The notes under the pieces were generated by a model. It ran no database searches. It had not been told where the DNA came from and saw nothing but the letters and a program-made list of their open reading frames with translations. Shown piece by piece: positions 22,885-36,794 of a stretch of DNA of 64,000 bases (position 1 is its first letter; the number at the start of each line of letters is the position of its first letter). The position numbers and the translations under genes were made by a program. The DNA comes from Heterodontus francisci (lineage: Eukaryota). Location: assembly GCF_036365525.1 (NCBI RefSeq), contig NC_090380.1, positions 109,577,942-109,641,941 on the forward strand, written 5' to 3'.

Positions 22885-25800
22885 AAAATCCGGAGCGGAA
22901 CCCCGTAGGCGGTCATGTGTCACCTTTGGCATGTTTCCGGCAGTTCCTGCAGCCATACCGGTGCCAAACGTCGTGCTCTGCACTCCTTTGGACCCCACCA
23001 GAAAGGCCGAGAGGGGGGTTTTGATGCTTGGGCAACTCACAACCTCCATACATTCGCCCAGGCATGCGCCATGGAGATGTCACTCCATAGTCGCCTCACA
23101 GCGACCGAAACAACACGGAAGGCAGCAGTTACGGCTTATAAGTCCAGCTCAATTGGCGTAGAGATTGGACGTCACGGGTTGCCTTTGTCGGTGGGAGAGG
23201 TCATCGCACCTCACTGGACAGCTACCGCCCGCCTCAAACCGGGCAGCCCCCGGTCAATAAGGTTCTGTCCCGCCACAGTCCACCTGCTTCAATGGGTGCT
23301 TGGAGCTCAGGGTCATTGCCCGAAAAGCAGACTGCAACACCGCACCAAACAGCACGAAAAAAGGAAAGAAGGTACCAGCCCTTCGATTTCCAAGCTGGAA
23401 CGTCAGAATTATGTGTCCTGGCCTGTCGGAAGACCTTACACAAATCAACGATTCTCGGAAGACCACCATCATTAACAACGAGCTCAGTAGACTCAATGTG
23501 GACATTGCAGCATTTCAGGAGACACGCCTCCCTGCGAGCGGATCTCTAATGGAGCAAGACTACACCTTCTTCTGACAGAGTAGGGATCCTGAAGAACCAA
23601 GACAGCATGGAGTGGGCTTTTCCATCAGAAACTCTTTGCTCAGCATGATAGAGCCACCTTCAAATGGCTCAGAACGCATACTGTCCATCCGACTGCTCAC
23701 CGCCTCTGGTCCAGTACACCTACTCAGCATCTATGCTCCAACACTCTGCTCCCCACATGAAGATAAAGACCAGTTCTACGAGGAACTCCATAATATCATT
23801 AGTAGCATCCCCAATACCAATCATCTGTTCCTGCTGGGGGACTTTAATGCCAGGGTTGGGGCCGACCATGACTCATGGCCCTCCTGCCTTGGGCGCTATG
23901 GCGTTGGAAGGATGAATGAGAATGGACAGAGACTGGTTGAGTTGTGTACCTATCATAACCTCTGCATCACCAAATCGTTTTTTCACACTAAACCCTGTCA
24001 CCAGGTTTCTTGAAGGCACCCAAGATCACGTCGTTGGCACCAGCTGGACCTCATCGTCACAAGGCGAGCCTCCTTAAACAGTGTTCAAATCACACACAGC
24101 TTCCACAGTGCAGACTGCGACACCGACCACTCGCTGGTGTGCAGCAAGGTTAGACTCAAACCAAAGAAGCTGCATCACTCCAAGCAGAAGGGCCACCCTC
24201 GCATCAACACGAGCAGAATTTCTTATCCACAGCTGTTACAAAAATTTCTAAATTCACTTGAAAAAGCCCTTCAAAAACCTCCGACGCGGGATGCAGAGAC
24301 CAAGTAGGCCCACATCAGAGACGCCATCTATGAGTCAGCTATGACCACCAATGGCAAACATGTGAAGCGGAATGCAGACTAGTTTCAATCTCACTTTGAA
24401 GAGCTAGAACCTGTCATAGCCGCTAAGCGCATTGCACTGCTGAACTACAAGAAAGCCCCCAGCGAGTTAACATCCGTAGTACTTAAAACAGCCAGAAGCG
24501 CTGCACAAAGAACAGCCAGGCGCTGCGCAAATAACTACTGGCAACACCTATGCAGTCATATTCAGCTGGCCTCTGACACCGGAAACATCAGAGGAATGTA
24601 TGATGGCATTAAGAGAGCTTTTGGGCCAACCATCAAGAAGATCGCCCCCCTCAAATCTAAAGCAGGGGACATAATCACTGACCAACACAAGCAAATGGAC
24701 CGCTGGGTGGAGCACTACCTAGAACTGTACTCCAGGGATAATGTTGTCACTGAGACCGCCCTCAATGCAGCCCAGTCTCTGCCAGTCATGGATGAGCTGG
24801 ACGTACAGCCAACAAAATCGGAACTCAGTGATGCCATTGATTCTCCAGCCAGCGGAAAAGGCCCTGGGAAGGACGGCATTACCCCTGAAATCATCAAGAG
24901 TGCTAAGCCTGCTATACTCTCAGCACTCTACGAACTGCTTTACCTGTGCTGGGACCAGGGAGCAGTACCACAGGACATGCGTGATGCCAATATCATCACC
25001 CTCTATAAGAACAAGGGTGACCGCGGTGACTGCAACAACTACCATGGAATCTCCCTGCTCAGCATAGTGGGGAAAGTCTTCGCTCAAGTCGCTTTAAACA
25101 GGCTCCAGAAGCTGGCCGAGCGTGTCTACCCTGAGGTACAGTGTGGCTTTCGAGCAGAGAGATCGACCATTGACATGTTGTTCTCCCTTCGTCAGCTACA
25201 GGAGAAATGCCGTGAACAACAGATGCCCCTCTACATTGCTTTCATTGATCTCACCAAAGCCTTTGACCTCGTTAGCAGACGTGGTCTCTTCAGACTACTG
25301 GAAAAGATCGGATGTCCACCAAAGCTACTAAGTATCATCACCTCATTCCATGACAATATGAAAGGCACAATTCAGCATAGCAGTGCCTCATCAGACCCCT
25401 TTCCTATCCTGAGTAGCGTGAAACAGGGCTGTGTTCTCGCACCCACACTGTTAGGGATTTTCTTCTCCCAGCAGCTCTCACATGCGTTCAAGTCTTCAGA
25501 AGAAGGAATTTTCCTCCACGCAAGATCAGGTGGCAGGTTGTTCAACCTTGCCCATCTAAGAGTGAAGACCAAAGTATGGAAAGTCCTCATCAGGGAACTT
25601 CTCTTTGCTGACGATGCTGCATTAACATCTCACACTGAAGAGTGTTTACGGAAACTCATCGACAGGTTTGCGGCTGCCTGCAACGAATTTGGCTGAACCA
25701 TCAGCCTCAAGAAAACGAACATCATGGGACAGGACGTCAGAAATGCTCCATCCATCAATATTGGCGACCACGCTCTGGAAGTGGTTCAAGAGTTCACCTA

Positions 25801-26591
25801 CCTAGGCTCAACTATCACCAGTAACCTGTCTCTCGATGCAGAAATCAACAAGCGCATGGGAAAGGCTTCCACTGCTATGTCCAGTCTGGCCAAGAGAGTG
25901 TGTGAAAATGGCGCACTGACACGGAACACAAAAGTCCGAGTGTATCAAACCTGTGTCCTCAGTACCTTGCTCTACGGCAGCGTGACCTGGACAACGTATG
26001 TCAGCCAAGAGCGACGTCTCAATTCATTCCATCTTCGCTGCCTCCTTGGCATCAGGTGGCAGGACCATATCTCCAACACAGAAGTCCTCGAGACAGCCAA
26101 CATCCCCAGCTTATACACCCTACTGAGTCAGCGGCGCTTGAGATGGCTTGGCCATGTGAGCCGCATGGAAGATGGCAGGATCCCCAAGGACACATTGTAC
26201 AGCGAGCTCGCCACTGCTATCAGACCCACCGGCCGTCCATGTCTCCGCTTTAAAGACGTCTGCAAATGCGACATGATGTCCTGTGATCACAAGTCGTGGG
26301 AGTCAGTTGCCAGCGATTGCTAGAGCTGGCGGGCAGCCATAAAGGCGGGGCTAAAGTGTGGCGAGTCGAAGAGACTTAGCAGTTGGCAGGAAAAAAGACA
26401 GAAGCGCAAGGGGAGAGCCAACTGTGTAACAGCCCTGACAACCAATTTTATCTGCAGCACCTGTGGAAGAGTCTGTCACTCTAGTATTGGCCTTTTTTGC
26501 CACTCCAGGCGCTGCTTCACAAACTACTGACCACCTCCAGGCGCTTACCCATTGTCTTCCGAGACAAGGAGGCCAAAGAAGAAAAAGAAGA
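22885..26591 (+). mobile_element. RTE-clade (BovB-like) LINE, apparently full length
   Basis: GC-rich 5'UTR, single APE-RT reading frame, (GAA)n tail; TAACAG flanks both ends (22879-22884 and 26592-26597). Confidence 0.93.
23300..26530 (+). pseudogene. RTE ORF (APE + RT + C-terminal zinc finger), nonsense-disrupted
   Basis: ORF pieces 23300, 23612, 24596 and 25724 are in the same frame; SWNVR, LLGDFNARVG, FIDLTKAFD, VKQGCVLAP, LLFADD. Confidence 0.93.
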
Positions 26592-26639
26592 TAACAGGTT
26601 TTGTGCTGCCAAGTTTGTTCTCACTTTGGAAGGGTATAT

Positions 26640-26868
26640 AAAACACCCCTATCTTATCAAATCTTACACAGACTTTAGGGGAGGTACCTGCCATCCTTAT
26701 CCAGTCTGGCCTGCATGTGACTCCAGTCCTATACCAATGCAGTAGACTCTTAACTGCCTTTTGAATCAAACCACCAGAAGTTAACCCACCACAACCTCTT
26801 CAGGATAACTGGGGATGGGTAATAAACACTGGCTTTTCCAGCAATGCCCACATCCTGAGAAAAAAACA
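26640..26868 (+). mobile_element. Non-autonomous head+tail derivative of the tRNA-headed LINE
   Basis: gactccag...ctcttaactgcc (leader) joined to gggatgggtaataaa...gcccacatcc + A-tail. Confidence 0.6.
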
Positions 26869-27097
26869 CACAAGGTCCTGCAAATCAAAATTAAATACAT
26901 GAATGAATGAACTGTTATCATGATGATAGTGGAACAAATGTTAGCCAGGACACTGTGAGAACTCTGCTGCCCTCTTCTAATAAGCTGTTGGATCATGGAC
27001 AGGTCCTTAATTTAATGTCTCACTTGACAGAAGACAACACTGTAATGCCAAAGCATCATTCTAGAATATGTTGTTAAGCATCAGAATGGAACCCATA

Positions 27098-27233
27098 TAA
27101 TAAAAGCAAAATACTGCAGCTGCTGGAAATCTGAAATAAAAACAGAAACTGCCGGAAATACTCAGCAGGTCAGGCAGCATCTCTGGAGAGAGAAGCAGAG
27201 TTAACATTTCAGGTTTGTGACCTTTCATCAGAA
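27098..27233 (-). mobile_element. Penelope-like repeat with hammerhead motif
   Basis: Minus strand ttCTGATGAaaggtcacaaacctGAAAtgttaactctg. Confidence 0.7.
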
Positions 27234-28275
27234 CCCAAGACCTTTTAACTCAAAAGGGAATACTTTTGTTAAGCCAATGCTGACAACTTAGGATGTATGT
27301 TCAAGGACAAAAAAGCTCTTGAGTTTGGGAACAATGCTGATAAGCTAGTGCAATACTAATAGAATTCAACATTGTCATAGCTACCATCTTTTGAATGACA
27401 GGCTCAATCCTTCGTACCATCATTGGTAGCAGAGTCTTCCGCTGGCTGAGTCCTAGTCTTCAGAATTCATCTTCTCCTCCCTCTTTCCTCCTCCTAAAAC
27501 CTTCTCAATGCCCATGTCTGTGACATAACCTTCAGTCACGCCTCCTAATCTCTCCTTAGTCTCCATCTTCCATGTGGAGCCCCTTGGGCCTTTTTGTTTG
27601 ACATCCAAGGCACTGTCTAAATGCAAGTTGCTGTAATACAATAATGACAAGTTTGGTATTCTGGAGGGATAAATCAAGATAGTCTAAAGGGCCCTTTTCA
27701 TCCAAACCTATGATCTACTGTAAACATAATGCGCCAATGTTCTAGGCAGTGTGCACCTTTTCTGAATGGCCTTACTGATAACCTTTAGCTTGATCCCTTA
27801 TGAGAAAACATTTTGAGTTTAATGATAAAAAAAAGGTTATGAAAGGCATTGTAAGTTATTGTTTGTTCAACGTGATGGTTTCTGCCGAGATAAGGAGGTT
27901 TTGTTAAGTGCACTGCAATGTAAGATAACAGAAACACAGTAAGCTAATTTGCATGAGCTGCTTTTTCAATTCAAAAAATAGGATACGATAACATAGTGGT
28001 TATGTTACTAGACTAGTAATCCAGAGGCCTGGATTAATGACCCAGAGACATGAGCTCACATTCCATCTGCTGGGGAATTTAAGTTCAGTTAATTAAATAA
28101 ATCTGGAATAAAAAGCTAGTATCAGTAATGGTGACCATGAAATTACTGGATTATCATAAAAATCCATCTGATCACTCATATCCTATAGGGAAGGAAATCT
28201 GCCGTCCTTACTGGGTCTGGCCTATTCATGACTCCAGACCCACAGCAATGTTGTGGACTCTTAACTGCCCTCAGT

Positions 28276-29584
28276 GTGACTTAGATGATTTTGATGTGGC
28301 GACCAAATGTAATATTTCCAAATTTGCTGATGACACAAAACTAGGTCGGAAGTAAGTTGTGAGGACGATGCAAGGAGGCTTCAAGGGGACTTGAACAGGC
28401 AAGTGAGTGGGCAAGAACATGGCAGATGGAATATAATGTGAAGAGGTGTGAGTTATCCACTTTGGTAGAAAAAACAGAAAGACAGAGTATTGCTTAAATG
28501 ATGAGAGTTTGGGAAGTGTTGGTGTCCAAAGGGACCTGGGTGTCCTTATTCATGAGTCACTAAAAGCTAGCATGCAGATGCAGCAAGCAATTAGAAAGGC
28601 AAATGGTATGTTGGCCTTCATCACAAGGGGATTTGAGTACAGGAGTAAAGATGTATTGCTGCAATTGTATAGAGCCATGGTGAGACCACATCTGGAGTAT
28701 TGTGTGCAGTTTTGGTCTGCTTATCCGAAGAAGGATATACTTGCCATAGAGGGAGTGCAACAGAGGTTCACCAGACTAATCCCTGGGATGGTGGGATTGT
28801 CTTATGAGGAGAGATTAAGAGATTGAGGGTGGCACAGTGGTTAGCACTGCAGCCTCACAGCTCCAGCGACCTGGGTTCGGTTCTGGATACCACCTGTGTA
28901 GAGTTTACAAGTTCTCCCTGTGATCGCGTGGGTTTTCTCCGGGTGCTCCAGTTTCCTCCCACATGCCAAAGACTTGCAGGTTAATAGGTAAATTGGCCAT
29001 TGTAAAAATTGCCCCTAGTGTAGGTAGGTGGAAGGAGAATTGAGGGAAGGTGGGGATGTGAGAGGGAAAATTGGATTAATGTAGGATTAGTATAAATGGG
29101 TGGTTGATGTTTGGTGTGGCTGAAGGGCCTGTTTTGGTGCTTTATCACTCTATGACTCTAAAATGGCCCCGTATTCTCTAGAACTTCAAAGAATGAGAGG
29201 TGATCTCAGTGAAACTTACAAAATTCTTACAGGGCATCACAGGGTGGATGTAGATAGGATTTTTCCCTGGCTAGTGAGTCTAGAGCCAGGGGACGTAGTC
29301 TCAGAATAAGGTGTAGGCCAGTTAAGATTGAGATGAGGAGGAATCTCCTCACTCAGAGGCTGATGAACCTTTGGCATTCTCTATCCCAGAAGGCTGTGGA
29401 AGCAATCATAGTGCACGTTCAAGACAGATGTCAATAGATTTCTGGACACTAATAACATCAAGGGATATAGGGATAGTGCAGGAAAGTGGCGTTGAGGTAG
29501 ATGATCAACCATGATCTAATTCAATAATGGAGCAGGCTCAATGGGCTGAATGGCCTACTTCTGCTCCAATGTTCCTATGTTCCT
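28276..29584 (+). mobile_element. CR1 LINE 3' fragment inserted in the family-B leader
   Basis: ISKFADDTKLG; ORF 28509..28826; tail atgttcctatgttcct. Confidence 0.85.
28827..29161 (+). mobile_element. V-SINE (HE1-like)
   Basis: A-box TGGCACAGTGG, B-box GGTTCGGTTC, V-domain gtgggttttctccgggtgctccagtttcctcccaca, CR1-type tail. Confidence 0.88.
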
Positions 29585-30687
29585 AAATGTCCTAGCAAAT
29601 CACTCAGTTATATCAAAACCATGACAAAAATCTATAATAAGAGTCAAACTAGATGGATCATCCAGCATTGACTTGGCATAGGATTCAGAGATGACAAAGG
29701 CACACGTCGCCCAGTCAACCCTACAAAGCCCTTCTCACTTACACCTGGGGTATTGTGCAAAATTGGATCGGTGTCCCACAGACAAGTTAAGCAACAGCCT
29801 AACATAGTCACAGTCATCGAATCATAAATTTCAGCCAACATCCAAAATTCCTCCATTACCATCCATGGCTATGTCTTTTCCCAACAGAGGTGGTGGTACA
29901 GTGGTATATAATCAGAAGGGAGTGGCCCTGAGAGTCCTCAACATTGACTCTGGACCCCATGAAGTCTCATGAAATCAGGTCAAACATGGGCAAGGAAACC
30001 ACCTACCACCCTCCCTCAGCTGATGAATTAGTGCTTCACCATGTTGAACACCACCTGGAAGAAGGCACAGAATGCACTCTGGGTAGGGGACTTCAATATC
30101 CATCACCAAGAGTGGCTCGGTAGCACCACTACTGGCTGAGGGTCTGAGTCCTGAAGGCCGCATCTGCCAGACTGGGCTTGTGGCTGGTGGTGAGGGAAAC
30201 AACAGGACAGGAAAATCCTACTTGACCTCATTCTCACTAATCTACCTGTCGCAGATGTATCTGTTCATGTCAGTATTGGTAGGAGTGACCACCGCACAGT
30301 CATTGTGAAGAAGCAGCCTCCATCATGTTGTGTGGCACTACCATCATGTTAAATGCAATAGATTCAGATCAAAACTAGCACCTCAAAACTGGGCATCCAT
30401 TAGGAGCTGTGAGCCATCAGCAGTACTTCACCAAAATCTTTAACCTCATGGCCCAGCATATCCCTCAGTCTACCATTATCCTCCGGCTCCACAAATATTT
30501 TCATGCTCAATGATGGCAGAGACAAGCATATCAGTGCAAAATAAAAGGTTGAAGCATTTGCAACCATGTTCAGCCAGAAGTGCCAAGTGGGTGATCCACC
30601 TTGGCTTTTTCCTGAGGTCCCCAGCATTACAGGTACCAGTCTTCAGCCAATTCGATTCTCTCCAGGTGATATTAAGAAAGGACTGAA

Positions 30688-31275
30688 CATAGAACATAGA
30701 ACATAGAACATAGAACATACAGCACAGAACAGGCCCTTCGGCCCACAATGTTGTGCCGATCCTTTGTCCTCTGTCAAGGACAATTTAATCTATACCCCAT
30801 CATTCTCCTTTATCCATATACCTATCCAAAAGCCTTTTGAAAGTCCCTAAAGTTTCTGACTCAACAACTTCCCCGGGCAAGGCATTCCATGCCTCGACCA
30901 CTCTCTGGGTAAAGAACCTTCCCCTGACATCCCCCTTATATCTCCCACCCTTCACCTTAAATTTATGACCCCTTGTAACGCTTTGCTCCACCCGGGGAAA
31001 AAGTTTCTGACTGTCTACCCTATCTATTCCCCTGATCATCTTATAAACCTCTATCATGTCACCCCTCATCCTTCTCCTTTCTAATGAGAAGAGGCCTAGA
31101 ATGTTCAGCCTTTCCTCGTAAGACTTATTCTCCATTCCAGGCAACATCCTGGTAAATCTCCTCTGCACCCTCTCCAAGGCTTCCACATCCTTCCTAAAAT
31201 GAGGCGACCAGAACTGCACACAGTACTCCAAATGAGGCCTTACCAAGGTCCTGTACAGCTGCATCATCACCTCAC
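30688..31275 (-). mobile_element. Young 5'-truncated CR1
   Basis: Uninterrupted ORF 30800..31270; (CATAGAA)n tail; 7-bp TSD GACTGAA at 30681-30687 and 31276-31282. Confidence 0.92.
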
Positions 31276-31485
31276 GACTGAAGCTGCAAAGGCTGTGGGC
31301 GCTGACAATATCCCAGCTGTCGTTCTGAAGACTTGTGCTCCAGAACTTGCTGCAGCCTTAGCCAAGCTGTTCCAGTACAGCTACAACACTGGCATCAACC
31401 CGACAAAATGGAAAATTTCCCAGGTATCTCCCGTCCACAAAGAGCAGGACAAATCCAATCAGGCCAATTACCACCTCAAGAGTCT

Positions 31486-32312
31486 TGTGATGGAGTCCTT
31501 GTGTGCAGATTGCATTCTATACTGCTGACCTGCTGAATGAACCGTTATGTGCGATGACTTTGGGATTCAAAGCTTGTGTTTTTTCTGCGACAATCATTTG
31601 CTGGAAAAGGAAACTGAAAGCTAAAACATACAATCTTCTGATCAGAGGTGTGACAAGAGACATGTGACTGAAACTCAGGTTTCAGGTTAGAAGAATACTC
31701 TGCAGTGGGTGGAAGGCAAAAAAAAGCCAGCTGTTGCTTTTAAGAGACAATCTGGAAGCTGTTGGCAGATGCAGGCTGAGGAGATCGGACTCTGAGAGCT
31801 GGCCATTGATGGATACAAATTATGGCAGCTATTTCTGGTGACTTAAAGAGTTATCAATGGAACCATGCATTAAACCTGTTGTGGGTGAGGTTGAGGCTGT
31901 TCGACAGGTGATAAGACAGAACCGTTAAAGAGAAGATTACATCTCTCGCTATCAACGGGACATCATAACTTCCTTATCTGCATCCTGAACGACAGGACTT
32001 GGAAAGCTTGGAGGTTCCTGATCTTGATGCACTTTGGGACTGTTTGGCACCCTCTTGCTGATAGGACTGCTCAGAAGATTCCTTAGGACTATCTTCGTTG
32101 CATCTGATAATTAATGCGTAACCTTTAAGATATTCATCACAAACATGATTTAACTGTTAGTTTATGCTTAATTTATGCTGGTTTTGGTTTGAGTGTTAAA
32201 GTAAAATTTATAAAAGTGAGATCTTGTCTGTTCAGTTTTTGTTTCCTAAATTAAGGCCAGTCGGTGGATTTGATTCTTTTTTTTGTTGGTGATCTCCACG
32301 GGGATCATAACA
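31486..32312 (+). mobile_element. Solo LTR (Gypsy-type)
   Basis: TGTGAT...ATAACA termini; 4-bp TSD GTCT (31482-31485, 32313-32316); splits the host RT motif NYxPISLLS. Confidence 0.8.
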
Positions 32313-33058
32313 GTCTGCTCTCAATCATCAGCAAAGTGGTGGAAGGTGTCATCGACAAGGCTATCAAGTGGCAGTTACGTATCAATAACCTGCACACTGA
32401 TGCTCAGTTTGGGTTTCGTCAGGACCACTCAACTCCAGAACTAAATATAGACTTGGTCCAAACATGAACAAAAGAACTGAATTCCAGATGTGAGGTGAGA
32501 GTGACTGCCCTTAATATTAAGGCAGCATTTGACAGAGTGTGGTATCAAGTCAATAGGAATTAGGGGGGAAACTCTTTACTGGCTGGAGTCATACCTAGCA
32601 CAAAGGAAGATGGTTGTGGTTGTTGAAGGTCAATCATCTCAGCATTAGGACATCACTGCAGGAGTTCCTTAGGGTAGTCTCCTAGGTCCAACCATTGTCC
32701 ATTGCTTCATCAATGAACTTCTGTCCATCACAAGGTCAGAAGCAGGGATGCCCACTGATAATTGCACGGTGTTCAGTACTATTTGGAACTCCTCAGATAA
32801 TGAAGCAGTCTGTGCCTGGACAACATTCAGGCTTGGGCTAATGAGTGGCAAGTAACATTTGGGTCACACAACTGACAGGAAAAGATAGAATCTAACCATC
32901 TCCCCTTGTCATTCAACATTTCCATCAATGCATCCCTCATCATCAACATCCTGCGGATTACCACTGACCCGAAACTTACCTGGTGCAGCCAAAGGCTGGG
33001 AATCCTGTGGTGAATAATTCACCTCCTGACTCTCCACCACCTTAAATATTCACTCCCT

Positions 33059-34198
33059 GGTAAGATGTAACCACCTACCTCTTGACATGTTACTCTACTA
33101 TTAGCATATAAGAATTACCATAAATAATGAGACAACACTCAAAGCCCATTTTAAACACTAATGTATTTACTAGCTTTGGTAGGAATACCAGTTAACAATA
33201 TAAAACACCCATCAGTCACAAATACATTACAAGGAGTTATACATACGATCACCCAGTGAACGGTCACCTCCCATTGATGTTCTCTTCAGCAGCTGACCAA
33301 GTTGCTTGGCATAGGCATCAAATCACTCTTTGTATACTTTTCTTTCCAATGTAGGCAGTATGTTTCACTGACAAGATCATACTGCTCTATCAAATTCCAA
33401 TGAGGCAACTCATTTTTTGTTCAAACTACACTATTAGAGACGGCCTTGACAGTAAGCATATGCTTACATTTTCTTCACATTAGGGTTAGGGTTAGGGTTA
33501 TGGATACCTTCAAGATCATTAGCAGTAAACACAATAGCAGCTTCCTTTCATGGTCAGACACACATTTTAAAACCACAGGACAATTAAACAATCAGAGTCA
33601 CTTAAATTATTGACTTCTTACAAGCTATTTCTTGGAGTATTTCTAGTCTGTCTGCATTTCAAAAGAAGGCAAACTCTGATGTCATCAATCAGCATCAGTT
33701 TGTCACTGTCTCACAGCTTTTCAAAACACTTTGGACCACTTAGGCAACTAAATTATCATTTCTTTAAACATGATCAGTCTCTTTGTGTTTTCAGGCACCA
33801 AGGCTCCATGTTTTTGTGTACGTGAAGCTTCTTCAAAGTTCTAACTTGGCACCAAAACGAAACATAGCATTGAAGTATGTCTATTTATTGGTTTCAACTC
33901 GATTTTTATGACTTCTCTGCTTTTTGCTAAACATTCTATAGTTTTAAAGTGTTTTTTTTTCACCAGTGATTCTGTGTATCTTTAATAGAAACAGCTTGCA
34001 GCTATTAACAGGTAATTTTAGCTTGGAAAGCCATTTGGCCTTCGCAATGCATGCTGGTCAGATTCAGCCAGTTTTCTGAACACCTGTATACAGCAGAGCT
34101 TCTTGTATTTCATTTAAACTTAGCAATGCTCCAGGGTTGAATAGCCACACAAGTTTCAACCACAAATTTCAATTGAAGTAATATTACCATCTCTTGCA
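33059..34198. mobile_element. Unclassified AT-rich insertion in the family-B 3' region
   Basis: Host cactccct|ccac sequence resumes after the block; contains a 16-bp palindrome and (TTAGGG)3. Confidence 0.5.
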
Positions 34199-35734
34199 TC
34201 CTCCACAACTGGTGCACAGTGGCAGCAGTCTTTACCAACTACAAGTTGCACAGGAGCAACTCACCAAGCCTCCTTCAACAACACCTTCCAGACCTGTGAC
34301 CCCTACCACCTCGGACAAAGGCAGCAGGCAGATGAGAAAACCACTACCTGCAAATCCCCTCCAAGTCACTCACCATCCTGACTGGGAAATATATTGCTAT
34401 TCCTAACGGTCTCTTGTCAAAATCCTGGAAACCTCTCCCTAACAGCACTGTGGGTGTACCTACACCACATAGACTTTAGCAATTCGCAAAGGGGGCTCAC
34501 CAGTACGTAGAAATAGGTAATAAATGCAGGTCTTGCCAGTGACACCCACGAACAAAGAAAAAAACATTGTTCTTTATATCTAAAGGTGAAGTTAGTGCAT
34601 AGGAGGAACAGCTCCAAGGAAATTTCTAACCAAGTACTTCAAAATTAACAAACAGACATTCTAAGAGGCTTACAGAGGTCAAAACGAATAAAACTTCAGG
34701 AAATAATGCATCTATCCTCAAGTACAAGAGAAATTAGCATGTGTGAACTATCATTATGTGGTTGAATGAGCACTGGGGACAGCCTACCTGATCTCTCATT
34801 ATCTTTAAGAGCAGGGGAGTTCTCTCGGGTGCTCTGGCCAATATATATACCTTGACCAACATTACTCAATGTAAGATTGTCTGGTTATGGTTACATTATT
34901 GTTTGTGAGGCCTTGCTGTGCACAACTTGACTGCAGCTTTTCCTACTTTATAGCAGTGATCACACTGCAAAATGCTTTGGGACATCCTGACGTCATGTAA
35001 CGTGCTGCAGAAATACAAGTTTTTTCTTTCATCCACTAGATCGGAAATAAGCTAATGTAGCAACCACATTCAAGAAGACACATGCATATGTTTGAGAAAC
35101 TCTAGGTCCATTGGTCTCATCTCAAATAATAAAATCAATCATCAAGAGAAAACATGAGGACCATCTGTACTTAATGGAAAGGGAAATTTGGGTTGGGCTC
35201 ATAATTTGCGACTGATCTACTTCCAGTTTTCCATTTCAACGAAAGTTGAAAATGACCCCTTGCATGATTTGTTCACTATATTCAGTGGTGTAGGGGCAGT
35301 TTTAGAAGTGTGTATATACTCTGCATCATGCACAAGTTTTATTTTCTAGGGAGGAGGGGACTGATTTTATTTTACATACGTATACTATATTGTTTAAAAG
35401 GTTTCCTGATGTGCAAAAACATGTCCCACAATTAAAACATAGAAATAGGGTTCTTGACTGGTTAGTGAGCTTGTCCAGTTAATTGCTGGGCCTGAGAGAC
35501 AAGCCAGTGATGTAGCTAACTGACCACCATTAATAACCAATCACCACAGTCCACTGGTGAACAGCCAACACAACTGCAACCAGCAAATGACCAGTTGCCA
35601 GCCACTCTTAGAAGCTAAACATCCATGGCTTGCCTTCTAGCCATCAAACACTAGATGTTAACCAGTGATCACAAACACCCAGTCACCCCATCAGCTAGAG
35701 AAGCTAACTTCCACCAACCGCAACTATCAGTGAA

Positions 35735-36050
35735 AAGGAGACTTGGATTTCTACAGCGCATTTCATGATCTTAGACCATCCCAAAGTGCTTTACAACCAA
35801 TGAAGTATTTTTTAAAGTGCAGTCACTGTTGAAATGCAGAAAACATGGCAGTCATTTTTGCGCATAGCAAGCTCCCACATACAGCAATGTGACAATGACC
35901 AGATAATATGTTTTGGTGTTGGTTGAGGGAGATATAATTAGCCAGGACACCACGGAAAACTCCCCTGCTCTGCTTCACAGTAGTGTCATGGGATCTTTTG
36001 CAGCCAGTTGAGAGAGCAGACAGAACCTTGCTTTAACCTCTTATTTGAAG
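35735..36050 (-). mobile_element. Deu-domain SINE 3' part
   Basis: Reverse-complement match to the 10740 copy. Confidence 0.75.
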
Positions 36051-36794
36051 ATCCAATTACCTCGGTGTCAGAAGCTGAATATGTTATAAAGTGCTGGTAG
36101 TAAACTATACTTATCTCATATAAGAACACAAAAGCAAAACATCTTGCCCTGCCTTCACCAATCAACTCCTGTGTTGTGCTGGGACTACATTCCACTCCTG
36201 ATAATGGCACATGATCAATGTTTGTTATTATACATTCGACCCCTGCTACATTTTGCCCCAATGACCAAGCAATCACCAAATGCTTATAGATAGCATATTC
36301 AGTACTAATTCACTCACTCCCAAGCACTTGCATCGATTGACTGTGCCTTTGCCTTGGCAAAAAGAGGCAAAAATGAAAAGCATGTCACAACAAGGTACTG
36401 AGCTGACAGTGCCCAAGAGATTCACAGACAATGAGCTCTGTTCCTCACTACCAACAGTACATTGTCATCCAGAAAATTATTTTCAGAAAAAGCCCATAAG
36501 GTGCCATAACAACAAACAGATTTGCAACAGGGAAAAGTAAGAAGTAAAGAATTTTTTATGGAACCAATTACAGTCACTGTGCTCCACACTGACCCTGCCT
36601 GTGACAATATTTGTGCTTGTAAACTGCTTGTTACACATTCCCTATTCTGACAGCAAACTTACATAGGACCAATTGGAATTTCCCACTATGAAAAAGCAGA
36701 CTTGCCTTATCACATCTCTCAGAAACACCTCAAAGCAGCTCATATGCTGGAAACATTCAGCAGACAAGCAGCTTCAATAGAGAGGGAGACCGAG

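Larger units (their letters stand above)
27982..34565 (+). mobile_element. tRNA-headed CR1-group LINE (family B), degraded, with four nested insertions
   Basis: Head 27982-28275; APE from ~29740; RT pieces 31283-31481 and 32317-33058; 3' tail 34199-34565; collinear with the 46187-48962 copy. Confidence 0.78.
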
